NCBI GenBank assembly: GCA_963784375.1 | Contig: CAWAQY010000005.1 | Coordinates: 11,896-75,895, forward strand | DNA: 64,000 nucleotides | Source: an uncultured Chloroflexia bacterium | GTDB lineage: Bacteria; Chloroflexota; Dehalococcoidia; GIF9; UBA5629 | Direction: 5' to 3' | Shown: positions 41,973-54,201 of the stretch, piece by piece | Layout: each line of letters starts with the position of its first letter | Position numbering within the stretch: position 1 is the first letter of the stretch | The notes under the pieces: model-generated | The model's input: the letters and a program-made list of their open reading frames with translations, nothing else | What the model was told of the DNA's origin: nothing | Database searches by the model: none | Made by a program: the position numbers and the translations under genes

Positions 41973-41984
41973 TTCTTTAACTCT

Positions 41985-42296
41985 TTACCACTTTGTTAAA
42001 TTGAATTTATCGACGTTTATGGTTTCCCGGTTGCGATAAATTGTTATGATAATTGCAATTCCCACAGCCGCTTCGGCAGCTGCTACCGCCATAACGAACA
42101 TGGCAAACACCTGCCCGGTCAGAGCCAGTGGCGTTATATAACGCGAAAAAGCAACCAGCGAAATATTTACTGCATTAAGCATTATTTCAATACACATTAA
42201 AATGATCACAACGTTACGTTTGGCAAGAACGCCATATAATCCGATACTGAAAAGAATTGCGGATAAGATCAGATAATGCGTTAAGCCTATTGTCAT
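41985..42296 (-). CDS. nuoK: NADH-quinone oxidoreductase subunit K
   Basis: 103 aa with three TM helices, in the expected position. Confidence 0.85.
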   Translation of the reverse strand: MTIGLTHYLILSAILFSIGLYGVLAKRNVVIILMCIEIMLNAVNISLVAFSRYITPLALTGQVFAMFVMAVAAAEAAVGIAIIITIYRNRETINVDKFNLTKW

Positions 42297-42300
42297 TCGC

Positions 42301-42786
42301 CTACTTCTCCCTCAATAACACTATAGCGCCTAATACCGCAGTAAGCAGCAAAATAGCCGTCATCTCAACCGGCAGCAAATAGCCGCCTGCTCCCAATAAT
42401 TTCTCACCAAGGAGGACAACTGTGTTCTCCGCGGGTGGTTTAGAACTAATCGTCCAATTAGAACTTGCTGCCGTAAACACAAGGGTTAAAAACAGCAAAA
42501 CGCTCACCAGGATAGCCGGCAAACGGAATTTACCCGAAGGATTTCCGTGGTGAACATCCCGGGTAAGCATGATTCCAACCAGCAGCAGAATCGATATGGC
42601 TCCCACATAGACCAGAATCTGTACCACGGCCAGAAAATCGGCGTTTAATGTGATGTAAATCCCGGCTATAGTCAGAAAAAGCAAAATGAGTGCCAGGGCA
42701 GCTCGAAAGACATCGCGGATAATCACTACAGCCAGAGCGGCTATCACAGCTACCGCAGCCAGAATCCAGAAAATAAAATCAGACAC
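42301..42786 (-). CDS. nuoJ: NADH-quinone oxidoreductase subunit J
   Basis: 161 aa, polytopic, in the expected position. Confidence 0.8.
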   Translation of the reverse strand: MSDFIFWILAAVAVIAALAVVIIRDVFRAALALILLFLTIAGIYITLNADFLAVVQILVYVGAISILLLVGIMLTRDVHHGNPSGKFRLPAILVSVLLFLTLVFTAASSNWTISSKPPAENTVVLLGEKLLGAGGYLLPVEMTAILLLTAVLGAIVLLREK

Positions 42787-43348
42787 CGAATCCCCTCTTC
42801 TTGCTCAAAGGAAGGAAATCCGATTTTTGACCGCCTTCCTTTAACTTTTTATTACCGAATATCAGTAAGCTCTGCTTGGGCTGCTTAGCCTCGATGGTGG
42901 GTCGGAAGTAACCGCTGGGTTGTCTTAAGTCGGAAGGCATCAGATCTTCCTTGCTCAGAATCAGTTTAGTACGCCGGTACTGTGCTCGTTCGTAACCAAG
43001 GCCCATAGCCAGGGCATCATAAGGACATGATTCAACACATAGCCCGCAGAACATACAGCGTCCGGTATCCACCTCAAATTTATCAACGATATACCTGTTC
43101 TCTTCGTTGCTTCCGTGAGTAACCAATATAATATTCCCCTGGGGGCAGCTCTTGGTGCAGGTACCACAGCCGGTACATTTATCAACAAACCAGACCAGGT
43201 CATTTCCCCGGGCACGCCGCGAGATTACCAGTTTTTCTTCAGGATATTGCACTGTTATCGGTGTTCGGAACAAATGCTTGAAGGTAAGAGCCAGCCCTTT
43301 GACAATACCAAGGCCGTAGTTATCGAACTTCAACTCTGCCTCCTCCAA
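42779..43348 (-). CDS. nuoI: NADH-quinone oxidoreductase subunit I (2x[4Fe-4S])
   Basis: Contains CTGCGTCTKSCP and CMFCGLCVESCP. The start is ambiguous (TTG 43348 or 43333). Confidence 0.85.
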   Translation of the reverse strand: MEEAELKFDNYGLGIVKGLALTFKHLFRTPITVQYPEEKLVISRRARGNDLVWFVDKCTGCGTCTKSCPQGNIILVTHGSNEENRYIVDKFEVDTGRCMFCGLCVESCPYDALAMGLGYERAQYRRTKLILSKEDLMPSDLRQPSGYFRPTIEAKQPKQSLLIFGNKKLKEGGQKSDFLPLSKKRGFGV

Positions 43349-44438
43349 GTGTAAATAGCCTTGACCATAGCAGGATTAAAACACCGGCTAAAATAAAGTT
43401 CACCACGACCATTATCCAGGGCAGAGATGCTGGCAGCCACAGCTTTTCTATGGCCACGATAAAAAGGTTAATGATTGCCATCGGCAATAGCCCTTTCCAG
43501 GCAAAACTCATCAGCTGGTCTACCCGCATCCTGGGAAGAGTGGCACGAATCCAGACGATAACGAAAAAGACAATAATCATTTTAATCAAAAGCCAGATTA
43601 TCGGAGGTAAAAAGGGCCCCTGCCAACCGCCCAGGAAAAGCGTGGAAATAACAGCTGCATATACTACGGCGTGCCCGTATTCGCCCAGATAAAACATGGC
43701 AAATTTCATTCCTGAATACTCGGTATGGTAACCGGCCACAATTTCCGAATCGGCCTCAAGCAGGTCAAATGGACATCGGTTCATCTCGGCAAGCGCCCCG
43801 ATGAAAAAAATCGCGAAACCGAGCGGTTGGATCAAGAAAAACGGTATCGTCTGCGACTCTACAATCTTGCTCATCGATAGAGAGCCTACCATTAAAACCA
43901 CGCCCACAATGGATAGCACAATGGGGAACTCATAGCTTACCATCTGGGCTATAGTCCGCATTGCTGCTATCAGAGCATATTTGCTGTTTGATCCCCAGCC
44001 AGCCATAAAAATTCCCACCGTCGATAAGGAACTGATTGCCACGATATACACTATGCCCACATTAAGATCGGTAAAGATGACCCCCTGATGTATCGGCACA
44101 ACCGCAAAAATCAGTAAAATCGGAATAAAAACGACCAGTGGTGCCAGGAAATGAATTATTTTGTCGGCTTTATCCGGAACGATATCCTCTTTTAACAACA
44201 CCTTTACTGCTGTGGCAATAGGCTGAAAAATCCCTTCAGGTCCAAGCCGATTGGGGCCGAGGCGTATTTGAAATCTGGCCAGAAGCCGGCGTTCGATGTA
44301 GATAAATACTATGACCATAATAAGGATGAAGGCAAGTATGATGATAATGCCGACCAGGGCAGAGACCAAAAACGCTACCCAGTCCAGACCCTGCCAGGTA
44401 CCTTTAAGCAATAAATAGAGTTGCTCGAGTAAGGTCAT
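43320..44438 (-). CDS. nuoH: NADH-quinone oxidoreductase subunit H
   Basis: Polytopic, with ERRLLARFQIRLGPNRLGP. ATG 44438 overlaps the nuoD stop (TAATG). Confidence 0.9.
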   Translation of the reverse strand: MTLLEQLYLLLKGTWQGLDWVAFLVSALVGIIIILAFILIMVIVFIYIERRLLARFQIRLGPNRLGPEGIFQPIATAVKVLLKEDIVPDKADKIIHFLAPLVVFIPILLIFAVVPIHQGVIFTDLNVGIVYIVAISSLSTVGIFMAGWGSNSKYALIAAMRTIAQMVSYEFPIVLSIVGVVLMVGSLSMSKIVESQTIPFFLIQPLGFAIFFIGALAEMNRCPFDLLEADSEIVAGYHTEYSGMKFAMFYLGEYGHAVVYAAVISTLFLGGWQGPFLPPIIWLLIKMIIVFFVIVWIRATLPRMRVDQLMSFAWKGLLPMAIINLFIVAIEKLWLPASLPWIMVVVNFILAGVLILLWSRLFTLGGGRVEVR

Positions 44439-45543
44439 TACCTGTCTATCTCTCCCATACAAATATCGATGCTGCCAAAAGTCAGTATTAAGTCGGCAAT
44501 TTTCCAGCCGATGACCATATCACGAAAAGCAGTAAGATTAATCAATTCAGAAGAGCGGACATGCAAACGGTAAGGAGCAATGGAATTGTCGCTCACAATA
44601 TAGAATCCAAGTTCTCCCTTGGGGGCTTCAATGCGCGTATAAACCTCACCCGCAGGCGGATGCAGCAACGCCGGCACATCAGCGCAGATTGAACCTTTGC
44701 CGGCAACTGGGCAATCGCCTGTTCCAGTATTCTGAGGCTTTGCTGCATTTCCAGTATTTTAATCCAGTAACGGTCATAGCAGTCGCCGGCAGCCCCGACC
44801 GGCACATCAAAAGTGAACCTATCATAAATCGAATAGGGATCGGCTTTACGCAAATCCCATTTGACGCCGCTGGCCCGCAGAACCGGTCCGCTGGCACCGC
44901 TATTAATTGCCAGGTCCTTGGGTAAAATACCTACACCCTTGCACCTTGCCAGCAAAATCTCATTCCCCGATAAAAACTGGTTGTATTCCTTGATAAACTG
45001 CGGCATTTCGGCCATGAATTTTTTCAAGGCCGGCAAAAAATCGTCCGGTATGTCGTGGCTCACCCCGCCAATACGCATATAGTTATAGAGAAGCCTCTGG
45101 CCGCAAACCATCTCAAATAAATCGACAATTTTCTCCCTCTCACGCCACATATAAAGGACCGGAGTCATCATGGCTCCCATATCGTTGAGCATAAACCCTA
45201 CGCCCATCAGATGGCTGGAAATGCGCATCATTTCGGCTATGATAATCCTCAAATATTCAGCTCGTTCCGGAACCTTTATCCCGGCCAGTTTTTCCACGGC
45301 AAGCACATAAGCAAAATTATTCGTCATCGAGGCTACATAATCCAGCCTGTCAGTCAATGGAATAATCTGGGTATACGTTCTTCCTTCAGCCAGCTTCTCG
45401 ATGCCGCGGTGGAGGTAACCGAAAATGGGTTCGACATCAACAACAACTTCGCCATCAAGTGTAACTCTCATTCGAAACACACCATGGGTCGAAGGGTGCT
45501 GCGGCCCCATATTGAGTATCATAGGCTGAGTTTTCAATGGCAT
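44438..45543 (-). CDS. nuoD: NADH-quinone oxidoreductase subunit D, frame break ~44680-44700
   Basis: The N-terminus [20 protein letters not shown] (ORF 44593..45543) joins a C-terminus in ORF 44438..44677 (..[10 protein letters not shown]...[11 protein letters not shown]). Confidence 0.9.
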
Positions 45544-45544
45544 G

Positions 45545-46013
45545 TTATAGATAATCCTTCCTCAGAGGATGTCCCTCGAATCCCTCCCACAGTAATAGCC
45601 GTTTCATGTTGGGATGACCGTTGAAAGTAATACCCATCAAGTCATAAACCTCGCGCTCCTGGAAATCGGCACTTCGCCAAAGTTTAACCACAGAGGGTAC
45701 CTGAGGGTTATCTTTATCGTAGCATCGCGTCTTTAAAGTCAGCATATGGTTATGGTTCAGTGAGACTAAATGGTAGACTACCTCGAAATAATCCTCGTAA
45801 TCTACAGAAGTGATATCAGATAAGAAGTTAAAATCGAGACTCCGCGGCATTTTTCAGGTGTTCAGCAATCTGATAGAGAAACGTGCCGTCAACGATTATC
45901 GAACTCCTGTCAGCCGATTCGACTGAACCCGGGAAAGTTTGAACTATGGTCCTGGCTATTTCTTCGCCATTCAATTGTTTTGCTTTTTTACTTTGAACTT
46001 CCATATGAATCAT
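45545..46013 (-). CDS. nuoC: NADH-quinone oxidoreductase subunit C, frame break ~45830-45850
   Basis: ORF 45828..46013 joins ORF 45545..45850 (..[21 protein letters not shown]..). Confidence 0.8.
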
Positions 46014-46029
46014 CGTCTCAGATATGAGC

Positions 46030-46632
46030 TTATTTCTTCTTTTCCAGCCTTGGCGAACTGCCCTTCACAATTTTTTGCTGAAGCTGATTAATACCATAAA
46101 TGAGCCCTTCCGGCCTGGGGGGACACCCCGGTATATAGACATCAACCGGTATTATGCGGTTAACCCCGGGAACTACACTATACGATTCCCTGAATGTGCC
46201 GCCGCTGATAGCGCAAACACCCATGGCAATTACCCATTTCGGTTCCGCCATCTGATCGTAAATCTTTTTCACGGCGGGAGCCATTTTCCAGGTCAATGTC
46301 CCGGCTACAATCATCAGGTCGGCCTGTCTCGGCGACCAGCGGAATATATCCATGCCCCAGCGTGTTACATCAAAGCGCGAAGCTGCTGTGCCGATCATTT
46401 CAAATGCACAGCATGCCAATCCAAACATCAGAGGGAATGTAGAGCGTGCACGTGCCTGGTCAATCACAAAATTCAGGGAAGTGAGCAGAATATTACGCTG
46501 TAGCTCCTGTTCCATCCAGGCATCCGAATCCGGAATCGGTTGCTGGGAACCTTCTCTCAGCCGTACAATTCTGGTACATTCAGCAGCGTCGATCTGGGCA
46601 AGGGAAGGTATTTTTGGTTTTTCTACTTCCAC
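46030..46632 (-). CDS. nuoB: NADH-quinone oxidoreductase subunit B
   Basis: Contains [15 protein letters not shown] and GTFR. Confidence 0.9.
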   Translation of the reverse strand: MEVEKPKIPSLAQIDAAECTRIVRLREGSQQPIPDSDAWMEQELQRNILLTSLNFVIDQARARSTFPLMFGLACCAFEMIGTAASRFDVTRWGMDIFRWSPRQADLMIVAGTLTWKMAPAVKKIYDQMAEPKWVIAMGVCAISGGTFRESYSVVPGVNRIIPVDVYIPGCPPRPEGLIYGINQLQQKIVKGSSPRLEKKK

Positions 46633-46996
46633 TGCAATGCTCCCTTAACCCAGGCATAGGTATACCCAACCATAATAATAAAGAAAAAGATAACGATGGC
46701 AAGCAACCCGAATACATCCAAGGTCATTCAGATTCACTGCCCAGGGATATAGAAATACTGAAAGCACGTCCAGCGCTACAAACATTACGGCAAAGATGTA
46801 GTATCTGAAATTAAACTGTACCCATGCTTCCCCCACCGGTTCCATGCCGCATTCATAAATAGATGCTTTGGTAGGGTTATTTTTACGGGGAACAATCCCC
46901 AAAAATGCCAAGAATCAGGGGAATAAGCGGCATTAAAACGGTAAACAGGATGGCTGCGATAACGAGTATACCAATATAACCATATTGTGCTAACAA
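46623..46996 (-). CDS. nuoA: NADH-quinone oxidoreductase subunit A, two frame breaks (~46905 and ~46725)
   Basis: TTG 46996 follows GGGAGA and gives [30 protein letters not shown]. The sense continues as ..[35 protein letters not shown].. and then [30 protein letters not shown] (hand translation). Confidence 0.75.
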
Positions 46997-47120
46997 GGAC
47001 GGTATCTCCCTCACGAAAAATTGCCGTTTCGAAGTATATCATAAAGGTTAATAGAGTACAATAGGTTTCGAAAGCAAAACTTGACTAAAGATTAACGCGG
47101 CCTATAATACATTCTTTGTC

Positions 47121-48160
<1,040 letters not shown>

Positions 48161-48208
48161 AAAGCGTAAAATTGTGACAGAAAAAAATACGAGGAGGACA
48201 AACTAGAA

Positions 48209-48472
48209 ATGTCTTACAAAATAACCGATGATTGTATAAGCTGTGGTGCCTGTGAATCAGAATGTCCCAACAAGGCAATCAGCGAAGGTGATACCATCTA
48301 TAAGATTGATCCTGAAAAATGCTCCGAATGTGTCGGTGCTCATGCTTCTTCCAAATGTGCAGAGGTTTGCCCTGTAGATGCCTGCATTCCTGATCCTGCC
48401 CACAAGGAAACCAAGGAACAGTTGCTGGCTAAGTGGAAGAAGATACATCCCGGCGAAACACCAAAAACCTAA
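48209..48472 (+). CDS. 2x[4Fe-4S] ferredoxin (YfhL-like)
   Basis: Contains CISCGACESECP and CSECVG...CAEVCPVDAC. Confidence 0.8.
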   Translation: MSYKITDDCISCGACESECPNKAISEGDTIYKIDPEKCSECVGAHASSKCAEVCPVDACIPDPAHKETKEQLLAKWKKIHPGETPKT

Positions 48473-48524
48473 ACCGCACCGGTAAATCAGTCACATGCAG
48501 CCCTGGGAATGGAGTGGTAATTCC

Positions 48525-49322
48525 CTACTTTCCCAGGGTTTTCGCTTTATCATATGCCGCACTTACCGCGAGGAGGAGGGCAGAACGCAATCCTCCGGCT
48601 TCGAGTTGCAGTAGCCCTTCAGTAGTGGTGCCTCCCGGTGAAGTTACCATATTCTTCAACTCTGCAGGATGTTTGGTTGTTGTTTTAACTGAGCGGGCTG
48701 ATCCTATTACCGTCTCCAGCACCAGTTTCTCCGCAATTGTACGAGGTAAACCGATGTGAACCCCGGCATCGATCAGAGCCTCGATGATCAGGAAAATATA
48801 CGCAGGACCGCTGCCGCTCACCGCAGTTGCCATATCGATATATTTCTCATTGGAAACGTACATTTCTTCGCCGCATGCTGCCAGAACCGACTTTACCTGC
48901 TCCTTTTGACGCTCGCTGACGGCGGCAGAAGCCGTCCATACCGTCATCCCTTCACCAATTTGCGCCGGCATATTGGGCATTGCCCTGACCAGGAAATTAT
49001 GCTTTAAACCCTGTCGCAAAGTTTCCATTGTGACACCGGCAGCTATGGAGAGTACTACCTGTTTGGCGGTCAATTTCCCCAGTTCCGGCAGCACAGTGGT
49101 CATATCCTGGGGTTTTATTGCCAGAACTATTACCTCTGCTTTGCCGGTCGCTTCCCTGTTGCTGGCGGTTACATTAACGCCATAGTTCTTTTTCAGGATA
49201 TCACGCCTTTTTTGGCTGACATCGCTGACGGTTACATCTTTAGGTAATGCTCCACCTTTGGCTATTAAGCTCTTAATCAGAGCTTCGCCCATAGTCCCGC
49301 CGCCGATAAAACTTATTTTCAT
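48525..49322 (-). CDS. proC: Pyrroline-5-carboxylate reductase (in frame with the upstream yggS, no intervening stop)
   Basis: ATG 49322 follows AAGGAGAG and gives MKISFIGGGTMGEAL. A P5CR C-terminal pattern (SPGGTT) is present. Confidence 0.85.
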   Translation of the reverse strand: MKISFIGGGTMGEALIKSLIAKGGALPKDVTVSDVSQKRRDILKKNYGVNVTASNREATGKAEVIVLAIKPQDMTTVLPELGKLTAKQVVLSIAAGVTMETLRQGLKHNFLVRAMPNMPAQIGEGMTVWTASAAVSERQKEQVKSVLAACGEEMYVSNEKYIDMATAVSGSGPAYIFLIIEALIDAGVHIGLPRTIAEKLVLETVIGSARSVKTTTKHPAELKNMVTSPGGTTTEGLLQLEAGGLRSALLLAVSAAYDKAKTLGK

Positions 49323-49994
49323 TATCGCTCTCCTTCTGCCGAAAATGGCTCTGCCTATTCTCACCATGGTTGCTCCTTCTTCGATAGCTACCTCAAAATC
49401 GTCGCTCATTCCCATGGAAAGGTGCTCCAAACCCAATCTATCTCGCATTAAACGTAATTCTCTGAAGATGGGACGTACTTCTTCCGGGTCGTCAGCTACC
49501 GGCGCAATGGTCATCAACCCGCTCACTTTTAAATTCGGCAATCTCTTTATTTCATTCAAAGCGCTTTCCACCTCTTTCATTTCAAAGCCGTTCTTGGTGG
49601 TTTCTTCGGAAATGTTGACCTGGAGCAAAACCGGCAATACTCTCCGAGTTGCCTGTTTGTTCAACACATGCGCCAGGTGAACCGAATCGATACTATGAAT
49701 TATATCAAAAAGCCCTGCTGCCAGCCTTGCCTTATTGCTCTGAAGGTGGCCAATCATATGCCAGGAAACTTGCGGCCGGATGGTATCAAGCTCTCGAATT
49801 TTAAGTTCCGCTTCCTGAATGCGGCTTTCACCAAAATCCCTCATCCCATAATCAAAGGCGGCTTTAATAGTTGAAGATGGTAGACCTTTGGTTACCCCAA
49901 CCAGCTTGACATCTGCGGGTTTCCGATGGCTCCGCTCGCAGGCTTCAGCAATCCGCCGCCTCACTTCCTCGAAGTTCGCCTGTAAAGTATCCAT
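49323..49994 (-). CDS. yggS: PLP-binding homeostasis protein YggS/COG0325 family (no stop codon before proC)
   Basis: Contains VKLVGVTKG, HMIGHLQSNK and MGMSDDFEVAIEEGATMVRIGRAIFG. Confidence 0.8.
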
Positions 49995-50184
49995 ATTAAA
50001 TCAGTTAAGGTTTCTTGAATCCGACCGTGTAGTTAAAGAAATTCCCAAATATAAGCCCAAGCTGGAAAAACATGTTTTCCCCTGATTGCCTTAGCTAAAA
50101 TAAGCCAGAGGATAGGGAACGCCATGAGGATGATAAAGATTTATAAAATATTTCACTCGCTGTCGACCCTATTTTCTGCCTCTT

Positions 50185-50433
50185 TTAAAGCTTTTTCCAA
50201 TTCAAGGATCTTGCCTTGAAATGTTTCAGCACTTCAGAACACTTTATATATGCACTTTTATGCATTAGTAGGTCTCCTGCATTATCAACTTGATATGACT
50301 TACCATCCCTAATATCCAGTTTTTTAAGCTCATAAAGCATACCACCATAATCAGCCTCATCTTCAATCCCCGATGTATCGATAATAACTATTCTGTCGCA
50401 TGAAATTTTATGACTAACATCACTCGATTTCAT
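50185..50433 (-). CDS. Hypothetical 82-aa protein
   Basis: ORF only. It is co-oriented with, and 32 nt downstream of, the 266-aa gene. No family recognised. Confidence 0.35.
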   Translation of the reverse strand: MKSSDVSHKISCDRIVIIDTSGIEDEADYGGMLYELKKLDIRDGKSYQVDNAGDLLMHKSAYIKCSEVLKHFKARSLNWKKL

Positions 50434-50465
50434 TGCAACTAAAACCCTCCTCTATTTTTCTCCAC

Positions 50466-51266
50466 TTAGAATTGATTGTTACTCTCACCATATTCCCTTA
50501 GTCTTCTTTCAACAATACCAAATTTCATGCGTTGCTCATTATGAACTAAGGCCGCATTATATAGCTCCTCTAACTGGTTGTAGAGTTTAAATGAGAATCT
50601 ACCTTTAAAATTTCTAAACGGTGTTTGGTTGATATATTGATCGAACAAACCTTGCTCTTTTTCACTCGGTCCGACAATAAAAAATAGCGTAGGATATCTT
50701 CTTGGTATTTTTAATAGCCTATCTAGGCCGGATTTAACTCGGGTCGTTTCTTCTACCTCAAAAGCATATACCGGATACAAACCATAGTCATCTTCGTCAA
50801 ACCATAGAGCATCTATCTCTCTTATTTTAGCTAAATTCGGTCCCTTAAAAATTTCCGCACAATCAGTAACGCTTACAAAATCTCTTAATGGTTTCTCTTG
50901 AAAATATCTTATAGTCTGATCGTGGGGAGGCACATAAGTTTCATAACCGTAAATCTTCCCAACTGCTACCAACATCCCTTGAGCAATTCCATGATCGATG
51001 TCTGGCTTTTTGGTAAAACTTTGTGGTTCAGGTTCAATATGAGCTTCTGTAGTAACCCGGTAAATACCGCTTCTTTCAGGTGGTACTGGTTCAAAAATCT
51101 TGTATTGGCGGACAACACGCCTAATAGTATCCTTCCAAGTTGGGTTTGTCTTTGTCTTAGGATGATTTTCGACTATCTTGTTGATTTCAGAGAGATGCCC
51201 CTCTCCACCCAATTCTAACAAAGCATCCCTGACAATATCTTTCCAAGTTAGTTGATGACAATTCAT
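50466..51266 (-). CDS. Hypothetical protein with an N-terminal winged-helix-like segment and a C-terminal PD-(D/E)xK-nuclease-like motif
   Basis: The N-terminus WKDIVRDALLELGGEGHLSEINKIVENH resembles Mrr-N/HARE-type wHTH. The C-terminus IDALWFDEDD..(13 aa)..YAFEVEETTRVKSGLDRLLK resembles D...E-x-E/K restriction-endonuclease-fold cores. Assignment by eye only. Confidence 0.45.
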   Translation of the reverse strand: MNCHQLTWKDIVRDALLELGGEGHLSEINKIVENHPKTKTNPTWKDTIRRVVRQYKIFEPVPPERSGIYRVTTEAHIEPEPQSFTKKPDIDHGIAQGMLVAVGKIYGYETYVPPHDQTIRYFQEKPLRDFVSVTDCAEIFKGPNLAKIREIDALWFDEDDYGLYPVYAFEVEETTRVKSGLDRLLKIPRRYPTLFFIVGPSEKEQGLFDQYINQTPFRNFKGRFSFKLYNQLEELYNAALVHNEQRMKFGIVERRLREYGESNNQF

Positions 51267-51362
51267 TTATAATGCACCTATAAAGCCGATTCTAATAGCC
51301 TTTGCTATCCCACCACGATATTTATCAACCGCCCGGGCACGTAGATGATTTTGGCAGGTTTT

Positions 51363-53757
51363 TTACCTTCCAGGTATCCTTTGATTTTCTCCCGTCCCAG
51401 AGCCAGCTGCTTGAGCCTCAGCTTCCGATATAGACACAGGTACGGTAACTTTGTCCCGCAGCTTGCCGTTCACCTGAATAATCAGCGGAACTTCATCTTC
51501 TCTGGCCAGGTCTTCGTCCCATTGAGGCCACTGCTGATTATGAATGCTGTACGAATAACCGGTTAAAGTCCACAGCTCTTCAGTCATATGAGGAGCCGAA
51601 GGCGCCAGGAGCAACAACAAATCTTTTATCGCTTCCTTCCAGGTTGCTTCTGATACATTGCTTTCTTCCTCTATTTTAGCCAGATAATTGGTAAATTCCA
51701 TAAGTGCCGCCAGCATGGTATTGAAGCGGAACCGTTCCATATCCTCCGTTGCTTTCCTGATAGTCTTGTGTATAAATCGCTTGAGCTCTTTTTCAGCGTC
51801 AGGGCTGACGGTTTTAGGTGAGTAATCAGCTACTGCCAGATTCCAAACACGGTTCAGCCAGCGGTTCATTCCGACAATGCCATTATCATTCCATTCCCCG
51901 CCCTGTTCCCAGGGACCCACGAACATCAGATAGACACGGACTGTATCAGCCCCCAGTTCGCCCACATAGGTATCCGGCGTCACCACATTGCCTTTGGACT
52001 TGCTCATCTTATCGCCTTTGTAGATGATCAGACCCTGATTAAATAGTTTGGTGAAAGGTTCACCAAATTGAACTATCCCGATATCCCGTATCGCCTTGGT
52101 AAAAAAGCGGGCGTAGAGAAGGTGCATGTTCGCATGTTCTGCGCCACCGGTATACAGGTCCACCGGCATCCAGAACTTCATTTTTTCCTTATCAAAAGGA
52201 TAAGTATCATGATGGGGCTGGTGTAACGCAGAAAATACCATGAGGAGCACATGAAAGTATCCATGGTATCTGTCTCACGCTGTGCTGGTGACGAGCATTT
52301 TGGACAGGTTGTGTTAACGAACGACTCACAATACTTCAACGGTGATTCTCCGGTCGGTTTAAACTCCGCATCAGGGGGCAGCAGAACGGGGAGGTCCTTC
52401 TCCGGCACCGGTACAATGCCGCATTTCTCACAATAAATCATCGGGATCGGCGCACCCCAGTAACGCTGGCGGGAAATGAGCCAGTCACGTATTCGGTAGG
52501 TGGTCGCCCGTTTGCCCCAGCCTTTCGCTTCCATAAAATCGCAGATTGCACCAAAAGCTTTATCGTTCGGCATACCGTTAAATTGCCCTGAATTGACCAT
52601 AGTGCCAGACTCAACCCAGGCAGCTATCAAGCTCTTTGCCATCCCATTCCGGCGGAGCAATGACCACCCGGATGGGAAGGTTGTACTTTTTAGCGAATTC
52701 AAAATCCCGCTGGTCATGTGCCGGAACCGCCATCACCGCGCCGGTACCATAGCTGGGTAACACATAGTCAGCAATCCAGATAGGTACTTTTTCTCCATTT
52801 ACCCGGTTTATGACATAGCTTCCCAGGAAAACTCCAGTCTTCTCTTTCTCAACCGAAGTTCTCTCAATCTCGGTTTGCCGCAAGGTCTGGTAGATGTACT
52901 TTTCTACCTCAGCTTTTCGCTCGGTGTGGTGAGCCTGGCCACCAGAGGATGCTCCGGAGCCATTACAAAAAAGGTGACTCCAAAAATAGTGTCGGGACGG
53001 GTGGTAAATACTCTGATTTCCTTTTCTTCGTACGCCCTTGTGTTCCAATCCAAAGGACAGGTCAGCGCCAACGCTTTTCCCTATCCAGTTTTTCTGCATT
53101 ATCTTGATACGTTCAGGCCAGTCTATCTGTGCTGTGGTCCAATAATTCTTCGGCGTAGTTGGTGATGCGGAAAAACCATTGTTCAAGCGATTTTCTGACT
53201 ACCGGAGTATCACAACGTTCGCAGGATCCATCGTCCACAACCTGTTCATTGGCCAGCACCGTCTGGCATTTGGAGCACCAGTTCACCGGCGCTTTAGCCC
53301 GGTATGCCAGGCCTGCTTCATAGAGTTTGAGAAAAAACCACTGCGTCCACTTATAATATTCGGGTACACAGGTAATAACCTCCCGGCTCCAATCATACGT
53401 TGCGCCAATGGTCTTAAGCTGTTTACGCATATTTTCGATATTGTTCATTGTCCAGGTATAAGGATGAATACCGCGGCTTATGGCAGCATTTTCTGCGGGC
53501 AGCCCGAAAGCATCAAATCCTATGGGATGAAGCACGTTGAAACCCTGCATCCGCCTGAACCTTGCCTGAACATCTGAAGGGGCCATTGCATACCAGTGCC
53601 CGATATGAAGGTCTCCTGAAGTATAGGGAAACATGGTCAAAGCATAAAATTTAGGGCGGGGATCATCCTCTTTAACTTCGTATAAGTGGTCATCCGCCCA
53701 TTTTTTCTGCCATTTTTTCTCAATTTCCTGGGGATTGTATTTAAGAGCAGTTTTCAT
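51363..53757 (-). CDS. leuS: Leucyl-tRNA synthetase, about five frame breaks
   Basis: Contains [13 protein letters not shown] (HIGH) and KMSKSKGN (KMSKS). Four overlapping ORFs (53113..53757, 52611..53186, 52178..52717, 51363..52250) assemble into one protein. A compensated pair of shifts hides [36 protein letters not shown] between ~53030 and ~52925. Confidence 0.9.
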
Positions 53758-54201
53758 AATGGGCTGATTTTATATTGTTGAGCATAGAGAGTCAACCGCT
53801 CACTTCCTGATCCCTTCCTTTAAGGTTGAACTAAAATGATGGTGATAGCGTTAGTGACAGCCACATTATAATCTGTATTACAAGAGCAACTAATACAATA
53901 CCTAATGGAAGAATTGAAAGAGCTATTAGCCACTTCTTTTTAGCTTTTATTCCTCCAATAAGCATTAGATATTCCAATAACAAGTATTATTATTAAACCT
54001 AAAACTACTATATCCATGTAATGCGCTCCTTACAAAAATAATTTTGAGTTTCAATAGCTGATGTTGTTTATAGTTCTTAATTAAAAAATATCTCATAACA
54101 AAATGCAATTTGAGTTTAATGTTTATTGTAGGAATTATGGCGAGCTTAGTCCCATTTTGCGTATTTGACTGGTGTGGAGCTATAGTAAAGTATAAATATT
54201 C

